Below, piece after piece: positions 1 through 6,988 of a stretch of DNA of 64,000 nt. The number at the start of each line of letters is the position of its first letter. The stretch's first letter is position 1. The position numbers were made by a program, and so were the translations under genes. The notes beneath the pieces are model-generated. The model was not told where the DNA came from. It did no database searches and was given only the letters and a program-made list of their open reading frames with translations. This stretch comes from a virus (Duplodnaviria > Caudoviricetes): positions 64,001 through 128,000 of IMG/VR virus record IMGVR_UViG_3300010429_000387. One strand, written 5' to 3'.

Positions 1-155
1 AACAAATCCACGGGAAACCACCCGTGGCAGCAGTAGGGATTCGTCTGAGATTTTGGACGCACGGGATTCGTGCGCCTTTTCACTGGGAAACGAGTTGGAC
101 CATGGGAATCACTGACCTCTATCGACGCTCAACCGAAAGCGAAGCGACCGTCTAT

Positions 156-238
156 GGGGTCGGGGTTCGTCCTCGGAAGGCGACTGTGACTGTAAATCAC
201 GGGCCACTGGCTAGGCAGTTCGACTCTGCACGGCCCCA
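156..238 (+). tRNA. tRNA-Tyr(GTA), atypical (8/4-like, enlarged D-arm)
   Basis: TGTGA-CTGTAAA-TCACG anticodon arm, variable arm, GCAG-TTCGACT-CTGC T-arm, GGGGTCG/CGGCCCC acceptor. Confidence 0.7.
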
Positions 239-242
239 CTAT

Positions 243-329
243 GGAGTCTGACCAGGTTCCTGGGAGAACCCCTGCGCTGTAAACGCAGTGCCTCTTGGCT
301 ATGTAGTTCGATTCTACCAGGCTCCACCA
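243..329 (+). tRNA. tRNA-Tyr(GTA), 8/4 fold
   Basis: Acceptor GGAGTCTG/CAGGCTCC (8 bp), T-stem GTAG/CTAC (4 bp), CTGCG-CTGTAAA-CGCAG, ends ACCA. Confidence 0.8.
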
Positions 330-397
330 GTGAAGAAGAAGGAAGGTTCAAGATGAAACGCAAGATCAAGCCCACGGAAGGTGGGCCAAAACAGAAA

Positions 398-469
398 GGA
401 GGCGTAGCTCAACGGTAGAGCACCGGGCTTTTAACCCGAGGGATGTGGGTTCGACTCCCTCTGCCTCCA
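398..469 (+). tRNA. tRNA-Lys(TTT)
   Basis: Cloverleaf, loop CTTTTAA. Confidence 0.9.
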
Positions 470-478
470 CTCCACAAT

Positions 479-552
479 GGGCTTGTGGTGGCAATGGCTA
501 ACATACCCGGCTCTTAACCGGAGAGATGAGGGTTCGACTCCCTCCAGGCCCA
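479..552 (+). tRNA. tRNA-Lys(CTT)
   Basis: Cloverleaf, loop CTCTTAA. Confidence 0.85.
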
Positions 553-577
553 CGAAGTTAGCAGAAGTACAGTACAT

Positions 578-652
578 TCCGGGATCGTCTATTTGGTAGG
601 ACACGGGTTTCTGAATCCCGTAAGCGTGGTTCGACTCCACGGCCCGGAGCCA
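578..652 (+). tRNA. tRNA-Gln(CTG)
   Basis: Cloverleaf, loop TTCTGAA, 3' GCCA. Confidence 0.85.
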
Positions 653-702
653 GTTCACGGAGGTAAGCCCACTGGGAGCCTCCTTGTTCCTTGACAACCT
701 GA

Positions 703-824
703 CAGGAGTAGAACGGTTCACCAGCGAACCCTCACAGGTTCGTGTGTCAGCCGGTACGTGATCGACCCTCGACCATACTGAGGGGCTACAGCGACCGGGT
801 CTGTTGGTGGCTGCTCAACTCCTG
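703..824 (+). ncRNA. unassigned rod-like structured RNA candidate
   Basis: CAGGAGT/ACTCCTG and CACCAGC/GTTGGTG nested pairings between tRNA genes. Confidence 0.35.
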
Positions 825-932
825 ACCGTAATGAAGTAGAGTGCAGGTGCGCCCCCTAAAGGCTCTCCTGTGCTCGCAATGGAGGCCCCCAAGCCTCTGT
901 TGTGGGAGGTCTGTGGCAACACAGCCTCTTTT

Positions 933-1016
933 TCCGGGATAGCCTAACGGCAAGGCACTTGGCTGTTAACCAAGCGAGGGGCAACCCTTTTCCAGGTTCG
1001 AGTCCTGGTCCCGGAG
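933..1016 (+). tRNA. tRNA-Asn(GTT) with long variable arm
   Basis: CTTGG-CTGTTAA-CCAAG; extra arm GAGGG-GCAA-CCCTT. Confidence 0.85.
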
Positions 1017-1026
1017 CTGTAGAAAT

Positions 1027-1099
1027 GCTGGTGATGCTCGTGTGGACGAGCACCTGTTTCGTAAACAGGACCAAGAGGGTTCGACTCCCTTCACCAGCT
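1027..1099 (+). tRNA. tRNA-Thr(CGT)
   Basis: CCTGT-TTCGTAA-ACAGG. Confidence 0.85.
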
Positions 1100-1100
1100 C

Positions 1101-1177
1101 TGCGGGATGGAGCAGCCTGGAAGCTCGTTTGGCTCATAACCAAAAGGCCGCTGGTTCAAATCCAGCTCCCGCTACCA
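1101..1177 (+). tRNA. tRNA-fMet-like (CAT)
   Basis: Initiator-type body (GCGGGATGGAGCAGCCTGG..., 1:72 mismatch, TTCAAAT T-loop), ACCA end. Confidence 0.85.
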
Positions 1178-1178
1178 A

Positions 1179-1246
1179 GGGCGAATGCCAGTGTCAGGAC
1201 TACATTCATTTGGAGAACCATGTCTTGACCACACCTCTTGTCGCCC
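1179..1246 (+). ncRNA. Y-RNA-like scaffold copy 1 (minimal)
   Basis: GGGCGA-ATG...TCAGGAC-TACAT...GTCTTGA...CTTG-TCGCCC. Confidence 0.7.
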
Positions 1247-1251
1247 CCTAT

Positions 1252-1323
1252 GGCCTCGTCTGCTAACGGTAGGCAAGCTGATTCTCAATCAGCAAACGGT
1301 GGGTTCAACTCCCCCCGAGGTCA
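1252..1323 (+). tRNA. tRNA-Glu(CTC)
   Basis: GCTGA-TTCTCAA-TCAGC. Confidence 0.9.
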
Positions 1324-1327
1324 CTAC

Positions 1328-1398
1328 GGCCCCATCGACTAACGGTAGGTCACCACCCTTTCAAGGTGCGGATACGGGTTCAATTCCCGTTGGGGTCA
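1328..1398 (+). tRNA. tRNA-Glu(TTC)
   Basis: Loop CTTTCAA, cloverleaf. Confidence 0.9.
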
Positions 1399-1421
1399 CC
1401 CTCTCGGTGTCATCTACCCTC

Positions 1422-1607
1422 ATGCCGACCTACGAGTACAAATGCAAGGCGTGTGAGAAGACCTGGGAGCAGGACCAGAGCATCAAGGAGCCCCCGGCCA
1501 AGGACTGCCCTCATTGTGGCAAGCCAGAGGCCCAAAGGCTCATCAGCGGAGGGGTCAACTTCCAGCTCATGGGTGGAGGTTGGTCCGGTGAGGGGTACTC
1601 GAAGTAG
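1422..1607 (+). CDS. FmdB-family zinc-ribbon protein
   Basis: MPTYEYKCKAC...CPHCG...RLIS...F..GGGW signature; start moved to ATG 1422. Confidence 0.85.
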   Translation: MPTYEYKCKACEKTWEQDQSIKEPPAKDCPHCGKPEAQRLISGGVNFQLMGGGWSGEGYSK

Positions 1608-1618
1608 GAGGTCGCAAG

Positions 1619-1804
1619 ATGCCCGAGAACGAGTTCACCTTGGTACCCAGGCTTGAGGAGACTGAACCGGAGCCGACCGAAGAAGACCTCCGAAGAATGG
1701 AGGAACACAGGCGTCGGATGGATGAGGAGAGGCGTCTTGCCATCGAGGCAGGGGAGCGGCTACCCCCTCTGAACGGGGAACTGCTCTGGCCCACGAAGGA
1801 CTGA
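1619..1804 (+). CDS. hypothetical protein (acidic, 61 aa)
   Basis: AGGAGG RBS, phage-like codon usage. Confidence 0.65.
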   Translation: MPENEFTLVPRLEETEPEPTEEDLRRMEEHRRRMDEERRLAIEAGERLPPLNGELLWPTKD

Positions 1805-1807
1805 TGT

Positions 1808-1889
1808 GGCTGGGTGGCGGAACGGCAGACGCAGGGACCTTAAAATTCCCCGCCCTTGTGGCGTGAGGGTTCGACTCCCTCTCCAGCTA
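1808..1889 (+). tRNA. tRNA-Leu(TAA)
   Basis: Leu-type D-loop, loop CTTAAAA, variable arm. Confidence 0.85.
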
Positions 1890-1895
1890 CCCCAT

Positions 1896-1971
1896 GGTCA
1901 GATAGCTCAGACGGTAGAGCACTTGACTGAAAATCAAGGTGTCACCGGTTCAACTCCGGTTCTGACCACCA
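1896..1971 (+). tRNA. tRNA-Phe(GAA)
   Basis: CTTGA-CTGAAAA-TCAAG, ACCA. Confidence 0.92.
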
Positions 1972-2109
1972 AACAACGAATGAATGAGAGACTAGCCCAG
2001 AGCCTTGATGTGTGAGATCGAAAGAGGGGTTACCCTCTTCTCATAGTGGCTTGACTGGCACTTAGAAGGGCTCCTACTCTGGCCGTCTTTCAATCACTTG
2101 TCGTTGTTT
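1971..2109 (+). ncRNA. Y-RNA-like scaffold copy 2 (CTCATAG-hairpin cargo)
   Basis: AAACAACGA-ATG...TGAGAGAC...GTCTTTCA...CTTG-TCGTTGTTT. Confidence 0.65.
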
Positions 2110-2112
2110 TCT

Positions 2113-2186
<74 letters not shown>

Positions 2187-2188
2187 CC

Positions 2189-2259
2189 CTGACGAATGCC
2201 AGTGAGGAGTACATTCACTGAAAATGAAAAAGCCCTCTTCACATCCCACTTGTCGTCAG
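2189..2259 (+). ncRNA. Y-RNA-like scaffold copy 3 (Phe anticodon-hairpin cargo)
   Basis: CTGACGA-ATG...GTGAGGAG-TACA-TTCA-CTGAAAA-TGAA...CTCTTCAC...CTTG-TCGTCAG. Confidence 0.7.
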
Positions 2260-2264
2260 AACTT

Positions 2265-2352
2265 GCTCGGATGCTGGAATCTTGGCAGACAGCACCGGCT
2301 GAGAACCGGTGGCCCTAGTGGTGTGGGGGTTCAAGTCCCCCTCCGAGCACCA
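2265..2352 (+). tRNA. tRNA-Leu(GAG)
   Basis: ACCGG-CTGAGAA-CCGGT, ACCA. Confidence 0.9.
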
Positions 2353-2353
2353 T

Positions 2354-2493
2354 GCACCAAATGCTGACAGGACTACAACCCCCCGCCATGAGCCTCGAAG
2401 CCTAGGTTCCGAGGTTGATGGGGGGGTCCGGTTGTGGCTTACGGTCCAACGTGGGTTGCGTCCGATCAACGTCTTGACTCCCCTTGTTGGTGC
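2354..2493 (+). ncRNA. Y-RNA-like scaffold copy 4
   Basis: GCACCAA-ATG...CAGGAC-TACAA...GTCTTG...CTTG-TTGGTGC. Confidence 0.65.
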
Positions 2494-2496
2494 TAT

Positions 2497-2569
2497 GCTG
2501 AAGAAGCTCAAATGGTAGAGCGACGGTCTGAAAAGCCGTGCGTAGCCGGTTCGATTCCGGCCTTCAGCA
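2497..2569 (+). tRNA. tRNA-Phe(GAA)
   Basis: ACGGT-CTGAAAA-GCCGT. Confidence 0.88.
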
Positions 2570-2571
2570 CC

Positions 2572-2735
2572 CACGATGAATGACCGTAAGGACTACATCC
2601 AATCCTAATGGGGTGGTCACAGGGTTCGATTCCCTGTTCCCGGAACCAAGCTCTTGACCCAGGTCGAGGGTTTGGTTCCGGGATAGCTCAGTGGTAGAGC
2701 ACCTAAAAGTTGTCTTTGCACCACTTGTCATCGTG
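2572..2735 (+). ncRNA. Y-RNA-like scaffold copy 5 with circularly permuted tRNA (CCT anticodon-like loop)
   Basis: CACGATGA-ATG...CTTG-TCATCGTG; inside, a T-arm precedes a closed acceptor hairpin and then D-arm TAGCTCAGTGGTAGAGC. Confidence 0.78.
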
Positions 2736-2782
2736 AACTCTTTCAGGTGTCAGACCCCGACCGGGTCAGGCGTCTGGTAGTC

Positions 2783-2889
2783 GAAGGCCGAATGAAGCTG
2801 GGTCTACAACCTGCCAACCATAGGACTGGGAGGTTCGATTCCTCTCCGACGGGCTGGTGCCCTTGACTCATCACCACTTGTCGGCCTTC
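2783..2889 (+). ncRNA. Y-RNA-like scaffold copy 6 (T-arm cargo)
   Basis: GAAGGCCGA-ATG...TGGGTC-TACAA...GGAGGTTCGATTCCTCT...GACTCA...CTTG-TCGGCCTTC. Confidence 0.7.
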
Positions 2890-2898
2890 ACAATTTCT

Positions 2899-2973
2899 CT
2901 GGGTGTGGCTCAACCTGGTTAGAGCACTTGACTGGGGGTCAAGGGATTGCCGGTTCAAATCCGGCCACCCAGA
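2899..2973 (+). tRNA. tRNA-Pro(GGG)
   Basis: CTTGA-CTGGGGG-TCAAG. Confidence 0.9.
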
Positions 2974-3128
2974 CTATAAGGCCAGCATTGATCATCCACC
3001 TCTTCGGAGGTGGGCTGGCTGAATCACCGAACTTCGCCGTGAGTTCGGGCATCTTGCCGTAGACCCCGTTGCAAGCAGCGGATAGAGGCAAGCTCTGGGT
3101 ACCTGGAAAACCAGGCGTAGCGGCTCAT

Positions 3129-3215
3129 GCTCGGATGCTGGAACTTGGCAGACAGGCCGGTCTCAGAAGCCGGTGCCCTAGTGGCGTGGGGGTTCAAGTC
3201 CCCCTCCGAGCACCA
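3129..3215 (+). tRNA. tRNA-Leu(CAG)
   Basis: Loop CTCAGAA; near-duplicate body of the 2265 tRNA-Leu. Confidence 0.9.
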
Positions 3216-3305
3216 TGCCCCCTGGAGCCGGGTCGTAGACCCGTTGGGGCGTCGAAAGGACGCAGATCCAGGTAGCTTGCCTCCGGCTATAAACGGGGGT
3301 TCCAT

Positions 3306-3379
<74 letters not shown>

Positions 3380-3401
3380 CCGATCTGGTGTAGATCAGAT
3401 C

Positions 3402-3698
3402 GACCCTCGAATGCCGGTTTGGAGTACATCAACATAACGACCTTAAAGTAGCGATGTTCCCGTGAGGGACTAGCGATGGCACCAGAGCCCTAAGCGGTAA
3501 CACGCCGGGCCAGAGACTCCTCGACCAGGGCAACCTGGTATCGAGATCCCCCAGGACCAGGAACGCCTGGTAGCAAGGTGACTCTCGTGAGTCAAAGGTG
3601 CGGGACGAGCGGTCACTTGAAAGGGCTATCAGCCCTTCTCATAGTGGTAATGCGTAGGTGGGCGAAAGCCCTTCTCTGAGCCAAACTTGTCGATGGTC
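3402..3698 (+). ncRNA. Y-RNA-like scaffold copy 7 with ~240-nt multi-hairpin cargo
   Basis: GACCCTCGA-ATG..GGTTTGGAG-TACAT...CTCTGAGCC...CTTG-TCGATGGTC. Confidence 0.65.
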
Positions 3699-3703
3699 AC
3701 TAT

Positions 3704-3785
3704 GCGAAGGTGGCGGAATGGCAGACGCACTAGCTTGAGGTGCTAGCGGGTAACTCCCGTGGGGGTTCGAGTCCCCCTCTTCGCA
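3704..3785 (+). tRNA. tRNA-Leu(GAG)
   Basis: CTAGC-TTGAGGT-GCTAG. Confidence 0.92.
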
Positions 3786-3786
3786 C

Positions 3787-3940
3787 TGTCGTGAATGATC
3801 CGAGGACTACAATGGAAATCTCTCACTCGTAAGGGTATGTGGGTTCGAGTCCCACCATCTCGGGGCAACCTGGGGTGTGGCGGAATGGCAGACGCAAGAG
3901 AAGCCGCAAGGCTTGAAGTCTTCAACCACTTGTCACGACA
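3787..3940 (+). ncRNA. Y-RNA-like scaffold copy 8 with circularly permuted class II tRNA (GGA)
   Basis: TGTCGTGA-ATG...CTTG-TCACGACA; TGGAAA-TCTCT, variable arm, T-arm, closed acceptor, D-arm GGCGGAATGGCAGACGC, AGAGA. Confidence 0.8.
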
Positions 3941-3946
3941 AATTAC

Positions 3947-4019
3947 CACGGATTAGCCTGGTGGTCAGGCGCTCGGCTCTGGGACCGAGTCAACGATGGT
4001 TCGAGCCCATCATCCGTGA
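3947..4019 (+). tRNA. tRNA-Pro-like with 8-nt anticodon loop (CTCTGGGA)
   Basis: CACGGAT/ATCCGTG acceptor, CTCGG/CCGAG stem closing 8 nt. Confidence 0.7.
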
Positions 4020-4051
4020 CAAGGTACCCACCGCCTTCAAGGGTGGGGCAT

Positions 4052-4125
4052 CAGGGTGTACCTCAACCTGGTAGAGGGTCGGCTTTGGGTGCCGAACGTT
4101 GCTGGTTCAAGTCCAGTCACCCTGA
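4052..4125 (+). tRNA. tRNA-Pro(TGG)
   Basis: TCGGC-TTTGGGT-GCCGA. Confidence 0.9.
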
Positions 4126-4131
4126 CAATTT

Positions 4132-4218
4132 GGAAGGTGAACCGTACAGGGTACGGCCTGGCCTCGAAAACCAAGGGCACGTCGAGAGGCGTGTGGGATT
4201 CGACTTCTCCGCCTTCCG
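4132..4218 (+). tRNA. tRNA-Ser(CGA), 8/4 fold
   Basis: GGAAGGTG/CGCCTTCC, T-stem GGGA/TCTC, long variable arm. Confidence 0.8.
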
Positions 4219-4290
4219 CCGGGAGACGAGTTCCTGACGAGGCCCTTCCCTCGGGAAGCCCCTTCTCAGATACTCGTTCCCCATTCACAT

Positions 4291-4374
4291 GGAAGCTGAC
4301 GGGTGTGTGGACGCCCAATCGGTTGCTACCCGATCTGCACCGCAAGGTGAGAGGTTCGACTCCTCCTGCTTCCG
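4291..4374 (+). tRNA. tRNA-Ser(GCT), 8/4 fold
   Basis: GGAAGCTG/CTGCTTCC (one mismatch), T-stem GAGG/CCTC, ATCGG-TTGCTAC-CCGAT. Confidence 0.8.
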
Positions 4375-4384
4375 CTGTTCGTTT

Positions 4385-4471
4385 GGAAGGTAACGGCTGT
4401 GTGGACGGCCACCCGCCTGGAAAGCGGCGTATGCCTCAAAAGGGCATCTGGTTCGACTCCAGTACCTTCCT
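4385..4471 (+). tRNA. tRNA-Ser(GGA), 8/4 fold
   Basis: GGAAGGTA/TACCTTCC, T-stem CTGG/CCAG, loop CTGGAAA. Confidence 0.82.
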
Positions 4472-4473
4472 CT

Positions 4474-4547
4474 GTGGCCGTAGCTCAAAGGTAGAGCGCC
4501 TGGTTGTGGCCCAGGTGGTGTGAGTTCAATTCTCATCGGTCACCCCA
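4474..4547 (+). tRNA. tRNA-His(GTG)
   Basis: CCTGG-TTGTGGC-CCAGG, C73-CCA; the base before position 1 is T, not G. Confidence 0.9.
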
Positions 4548-4580
4548 ACCACAACCTTCTGGTGTAGATCAGAAGGTCAT

Positions 4581-4653
4581 GTCCCAGTAGTTCAGTGGAT
4601 AGAGCGTCAGTTTCCTAAACTGAAAGTCGCTGGTTCGAGTCCAGCCTGGGACG
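4581..4653 (+). tRNA. tRNA-Arg(CCT)
   Basis: TCAGT-TTCCTAA-ACTGA. Confidence 0.92.
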
Positions 4654-4654
4654 C

Positions 4655-4794
4655 TGCGATGAATGACGTGGAGACTACAATACCAACCTAGATGTCGTGG
4701 GTTCGAGCCCCACCGTTCGGCCCGGAAGGGTCGGGCGTAGCTCAGTTGGCAGAGCGCCAGGCAAAAACCGGTCCCTACACCCCTTGTCATCGCA
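4655..4794 (+). ncRNA. Y-RNA-like scaffold copy 9 with circularly permuted tRNA (ACC)
   Basis: TGCGATGA-ATG...CTTG-TCATCGCA; TACCAA-CCTAG, T-arm, acceptor closed by a GGAA-capped hairpin, D-arm TAGCTCAGTTGGCAGAGC, CCAGG. Confidence 0.8.
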
Positions 4795-4809
4795 AACTTT
4801 TCGAGACCT

Positions 4810-5274
4810 ATGGGCTACCTTCCCGACGGAGACCTGGCTTGGCTCAAGGAGCTTCACCAGAGACTCTGGCCGCCTCACCACAAGTCGAATGGCATCGTGC
4901 TGGAAGCCTACCGCCAGCTCACCCATGAGGAGCTAGAACGGGTCCTGGGTCTCATCGAGACCCATACCCTCCTGACCTCGATGGTGAGCATCGGGATGTT
5001 CGGTGGGTTCGGGATGAGGGTCTACGAGGATCCCCCAGCCTTCGGGATGCCCCCTGAGCAGGTCCTCTTCCTCCATGAGGGGCACCTTCCCCCTCCGACC
5101 AGGCTTCAACGAGCCCTCGGGGAGGTCCCCGACCCGAAACCCAGGGTACCCGGTTGTGGGAAGCCAGAAGCCTGGGACCTGTTCTCCCGGTACACTCACT
5201 CGGAGAAGAACCGGAAGGCCCTGGCGTACTTCAAGATGGACCCACCTCGGGAGCAGAGCTACTACGACTACTGA
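4810..5274 (+). CDS. hypothetical protein
   Basis: 154-aa ORF with GC3-rich codon usage between tRNA blocks. Confidence 0.65.
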   Translation: MGYLPDGDLAWLKELHQRLWPPHHKSNGIVLEAYRQLTHEELERVLGLIETHTLLTSMVSIGMFGGFGMRVYEDPPAFGMPPEQVLFLHEGHLPPPTRLQRALGEVPDPKPRVPGCGKPEAWDLFSRYTHSEKNRKALAYFKMDPPREQSYYDY

Positions 5275-5344
5275 ACCTATCAACCCCTACAGCGAAAGGA
5301 GATGCACCATGGATAGCGATTCTGGCGATTGGGATGATCTCTAC

Positions 5345-5420
5345 GGAGCGGTAGGGGAGTTCGGCCGTCCCCGGTGGCCTGTCACGCCACAGATCGTGGG
5401 TTCAAATCCCATTCGCTCCG
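5345..5420 (+). tRNA. tRNA-Asp(GTC)
   Basis: GTGGC-CTGTCAC-GCCAC. Confidence 0.88.
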
Positions 5421-5425
5421 CAACT

Positions 5426-5497
5426 GGACCTATACGCATCTGGTGAGGCGGCCCGCCTGTCTAGCGGGCGAGGCGAGTTCGATTCTCGTTGGGTCCG
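5426..5497 (+). tRNA. tRNA-Asp(GTC)
   Basis: CCCGC-CTGTCTA-GCGGG. Confidence 0.82.
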
Positions 5498-5501
5498 CTA
5501 C

Positions 5502-5572
5502 AGGGGTGTCGTTCAATGGTAGGACCGTGGCTTCCAATCCCACCAATGGGGGTTCGATTCCCTCCGCCCCTG
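5502..5572 (+). tRNA. tRNA-Trp(CCA)
   Basis: Loop TTCCAAT, AGGGGTG/CGCCCCT, G73. Confidence 0.85.
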
Positions 5573-5579
5573 CAAGTTC

Positions 5580-5750
5580 ATGAAGCGTCCTTGTCCCATC
5601 TGCAAGGTCCGTCCCGTGGTGTACCTCGGGGCAGAGCACTGTTCCTACAAGTGCTGGGTGGTGTCTTTGAAGCCAGTCGAAGACAAGCGTCACGATAGAC
5701 CTCCCCTCAAGCAGCTTGATCTTCTTGTTGGGAGGTGTACAGGTAGGTAG
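5580..5750 (+). CDS. small YacG-like zinc-finger protein (56 aa)
   Basis: Own translation MKRPCPICKVRPVVYLGAEHCSYKCW...; below the ORF-track cutoff. Confidence 0.5.
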   Translation: MKRPCPICKVRPVVYLGAEHCSYKCWVVSLKPVEDKRHDRPPLKQLDLLVGRCTGR

Positions 5751-5760
5751 CTGAAGACTT

Positions 5761-5831
5761 TGGGGTGTCGTCCAATGGCAGGACACCGGGTTCTGGCCCC
5801 GTTAATCGGAGTTCGACTCTCTGCACCCCAG
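5761..5831 (+). tRNA. tRNA-Gln(CTG)
   Basis: Loop TTCTGGC, TGGGGTG/CACCCCA. Confidence 0.88.
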
Positions 5832-5835
5832 CTAT

Positions 5836-5909
5836 TCCGGCTTCGTCCAAGGGCAGGACAGAGGTCTTTGAAGCCTCGAATCGTGGTTCGATTCCACGAG
5901 CCGGAGCCA
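5836..5909 (+). tRNA. tRNA-Gln(TTG)
   Basis: GAGGT-CTTTGAA-GCCTC, GCCA. Confidence 0.9.
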
Positions 5910-5913
5910 ACAT

Positions 5914-5986
5914 GGGGCATTAGCTCATCTGGGAGAGCGCATGACTGGCAGTCATGAGGTGATCGGTTCGAGTCCGATATGCTCCA
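5914..5986 (+). tRNA. tRNA-Ala(GGC)
   Basis: G3-U70, CATGA-CTGGCAG-TCATG. Confidence 0.92.
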
Positions 5987-6007
5987 CTACTTCACTTTTT
6001 CCGAGCT

Positions 6008-6181
6008 ATGATCGTGGACAAGACCCCGCAAACGAATGAAGAGGTCAAGGACGATCCAGCTCGGTATGGTACGCCTCGGGACATCGAGGCGTGTCCTCAC
6101 TGCTCTGGCTGGTGGTACAAGGGGGAGTTCCCCAAGCACTGGCCTGGGTGTCCTGAAGAGGGCAAGTTCAAGGGGCCTTAG
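6008..6181 (+). CDS. small CxxC..H..C zinc-finger protein (57 aa)
   Basis: Own translation MIVDKTPQ...ACPHCSGWWYKGEFPKHWPGCPEEGKFKGP; the stop overlaps the next tRNA. Confidence 0.45.
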   Translation: MIVDKTPQTNEEVKDDPARYGTPRDIEACPHCSGWWYKGEFPKHWPGCPEEGKFKGP

Positions 6182-6244
6182 CTCATCTGGGAGAGCGGTA
6201 GCTTTGCAAGCTATAGGTGACCGGTTCGAGTCCGGTAGGCTCCA
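6172..6244 (+). tRNA. tRNA-Ala(TGC)
   Basis: G3-U70, loop TTTGCAA. Confidence 0.92.
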
Positions 6245-6345
6245 CTCTGGGTACATGATTGGTCGTGCAGGGGACGCCCTGTGGGGGTTCGATTCCTCCC
6301 TAGCCTCTGGTGAGAATCCGTTCGACTCGGCAATGTATCCGGTTC

Positions 6346-6418
6346 GGGGCCATAGCTCATCTGGGAGAGCGCTGCTTTCGCACGGCAGAGGTGGAGGGTT
6401 CAAGTCCCTTTGGCTCCA
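6346..6418 (+). tRNA. tRNA-Ala(CGC)
   Basis: G3-U70, loop TTCGCAC. Confidence 0.9.
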
Positions 6419-6466
6419 CAGCGGGACCACGCCCATGCTAGTCATGGCTGGTCCCTGCTCATCCTT

Positions 6467-6538
6467 GCTGGTGTAGCTCAACGGTAGAGCACCGGTTTTG
6501 TAAACCGGTGGTTGCGGGTTCGATTCCCATCACCAGCT
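6467..6538 (+). tRNA. tRNA-Thr(TGT)
   Basis: CCGGT-TTTGTAA-ACCGG. Confidence 0.92.
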
Positions 6539-6565
6539 CAAATCTCCTTGTAGGGCCTGGTAACC

Positions 6566-6925
6566 ATGAGCGACTACAACTACGACGCCAAGGTGAAGCG
6601 GGTAGTGGATGGGGACACGGTCTACCTGGACGTGGACCTCGGCTTCGGAGTCTGGGCGACCCTGGACTTCAGGCTTGCTGGGATCAACACCCCCGAGGTG
6701 GTGGGTACCCAGAAGGTTGCCGGGCTTGCTGCCAAGGAGGAGCTGGTCAGGCTTCTGGGTCTCGGGACGATCCGGATCGTCTCCTTCAAGACCGAGAAGT
6801 ATGGCCGTTGGCTTGCCTCGATCTTCGTCAAGCAGGCTGATGGTGTAGAGCTGAATGTGAACGATGAACTGGTCAAGGGCGGGTTTGCCGTACCCTACTC
6901 GGGAGACGGACCAAAGCCAGTTTGA
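6566..6925 (+). CDS. thermonuclease (SNase) family nuclease
   Basis: VVDGDT, RLAGINTPE, KYGRWLA, VNDELVKGGFA motifs. Confidence 0.92.
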   Translation: MSDYNYDAKVKRVVDGDTVYLDVDLGFGVWATLDFRLAGINTPEVVGTQKVAGLAAKEELVRLLGLGTIRIVSFKTEKYGRWLASIFVKQADGVELNVNDELVKGGFAVPYSGDGPKPV

Positions 6926-6933
6926 CCCTGATT

Positions 6934-6954
6934 GCGGGCATAGCTCAATGGTAG
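6934..6954 (+). pseudogene. truncated 5' fragment of tRNA-Gly
   Basis: GCGGGCATAGCTCAATGGTAG breaks off in the D-arm directly before the HNH cassette. Confidence 0.7.
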
Positions 6955-6983
6955 TTGACCTCTAACTGACTTTGTGCTACGAT
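6955..6983 (+). promoter_or_regulatory. sigma70-type promoter of HNH gene (leaderless)
   Basis: TTGACC-17 nt-TACGAT with extended TG, ATG 5 nt downstream. Confidence 0.55.
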
Positions 6984-6988
6984 AGGTT

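Noticed and set aside
3402-3698. Group I/II intron or pistol ribozyme (GCCCTAAGCG at ~3487)
   Set aside because: No recognisable P7 or domain V, and no upstream AGGGC loop to form the pistol pseudoknot
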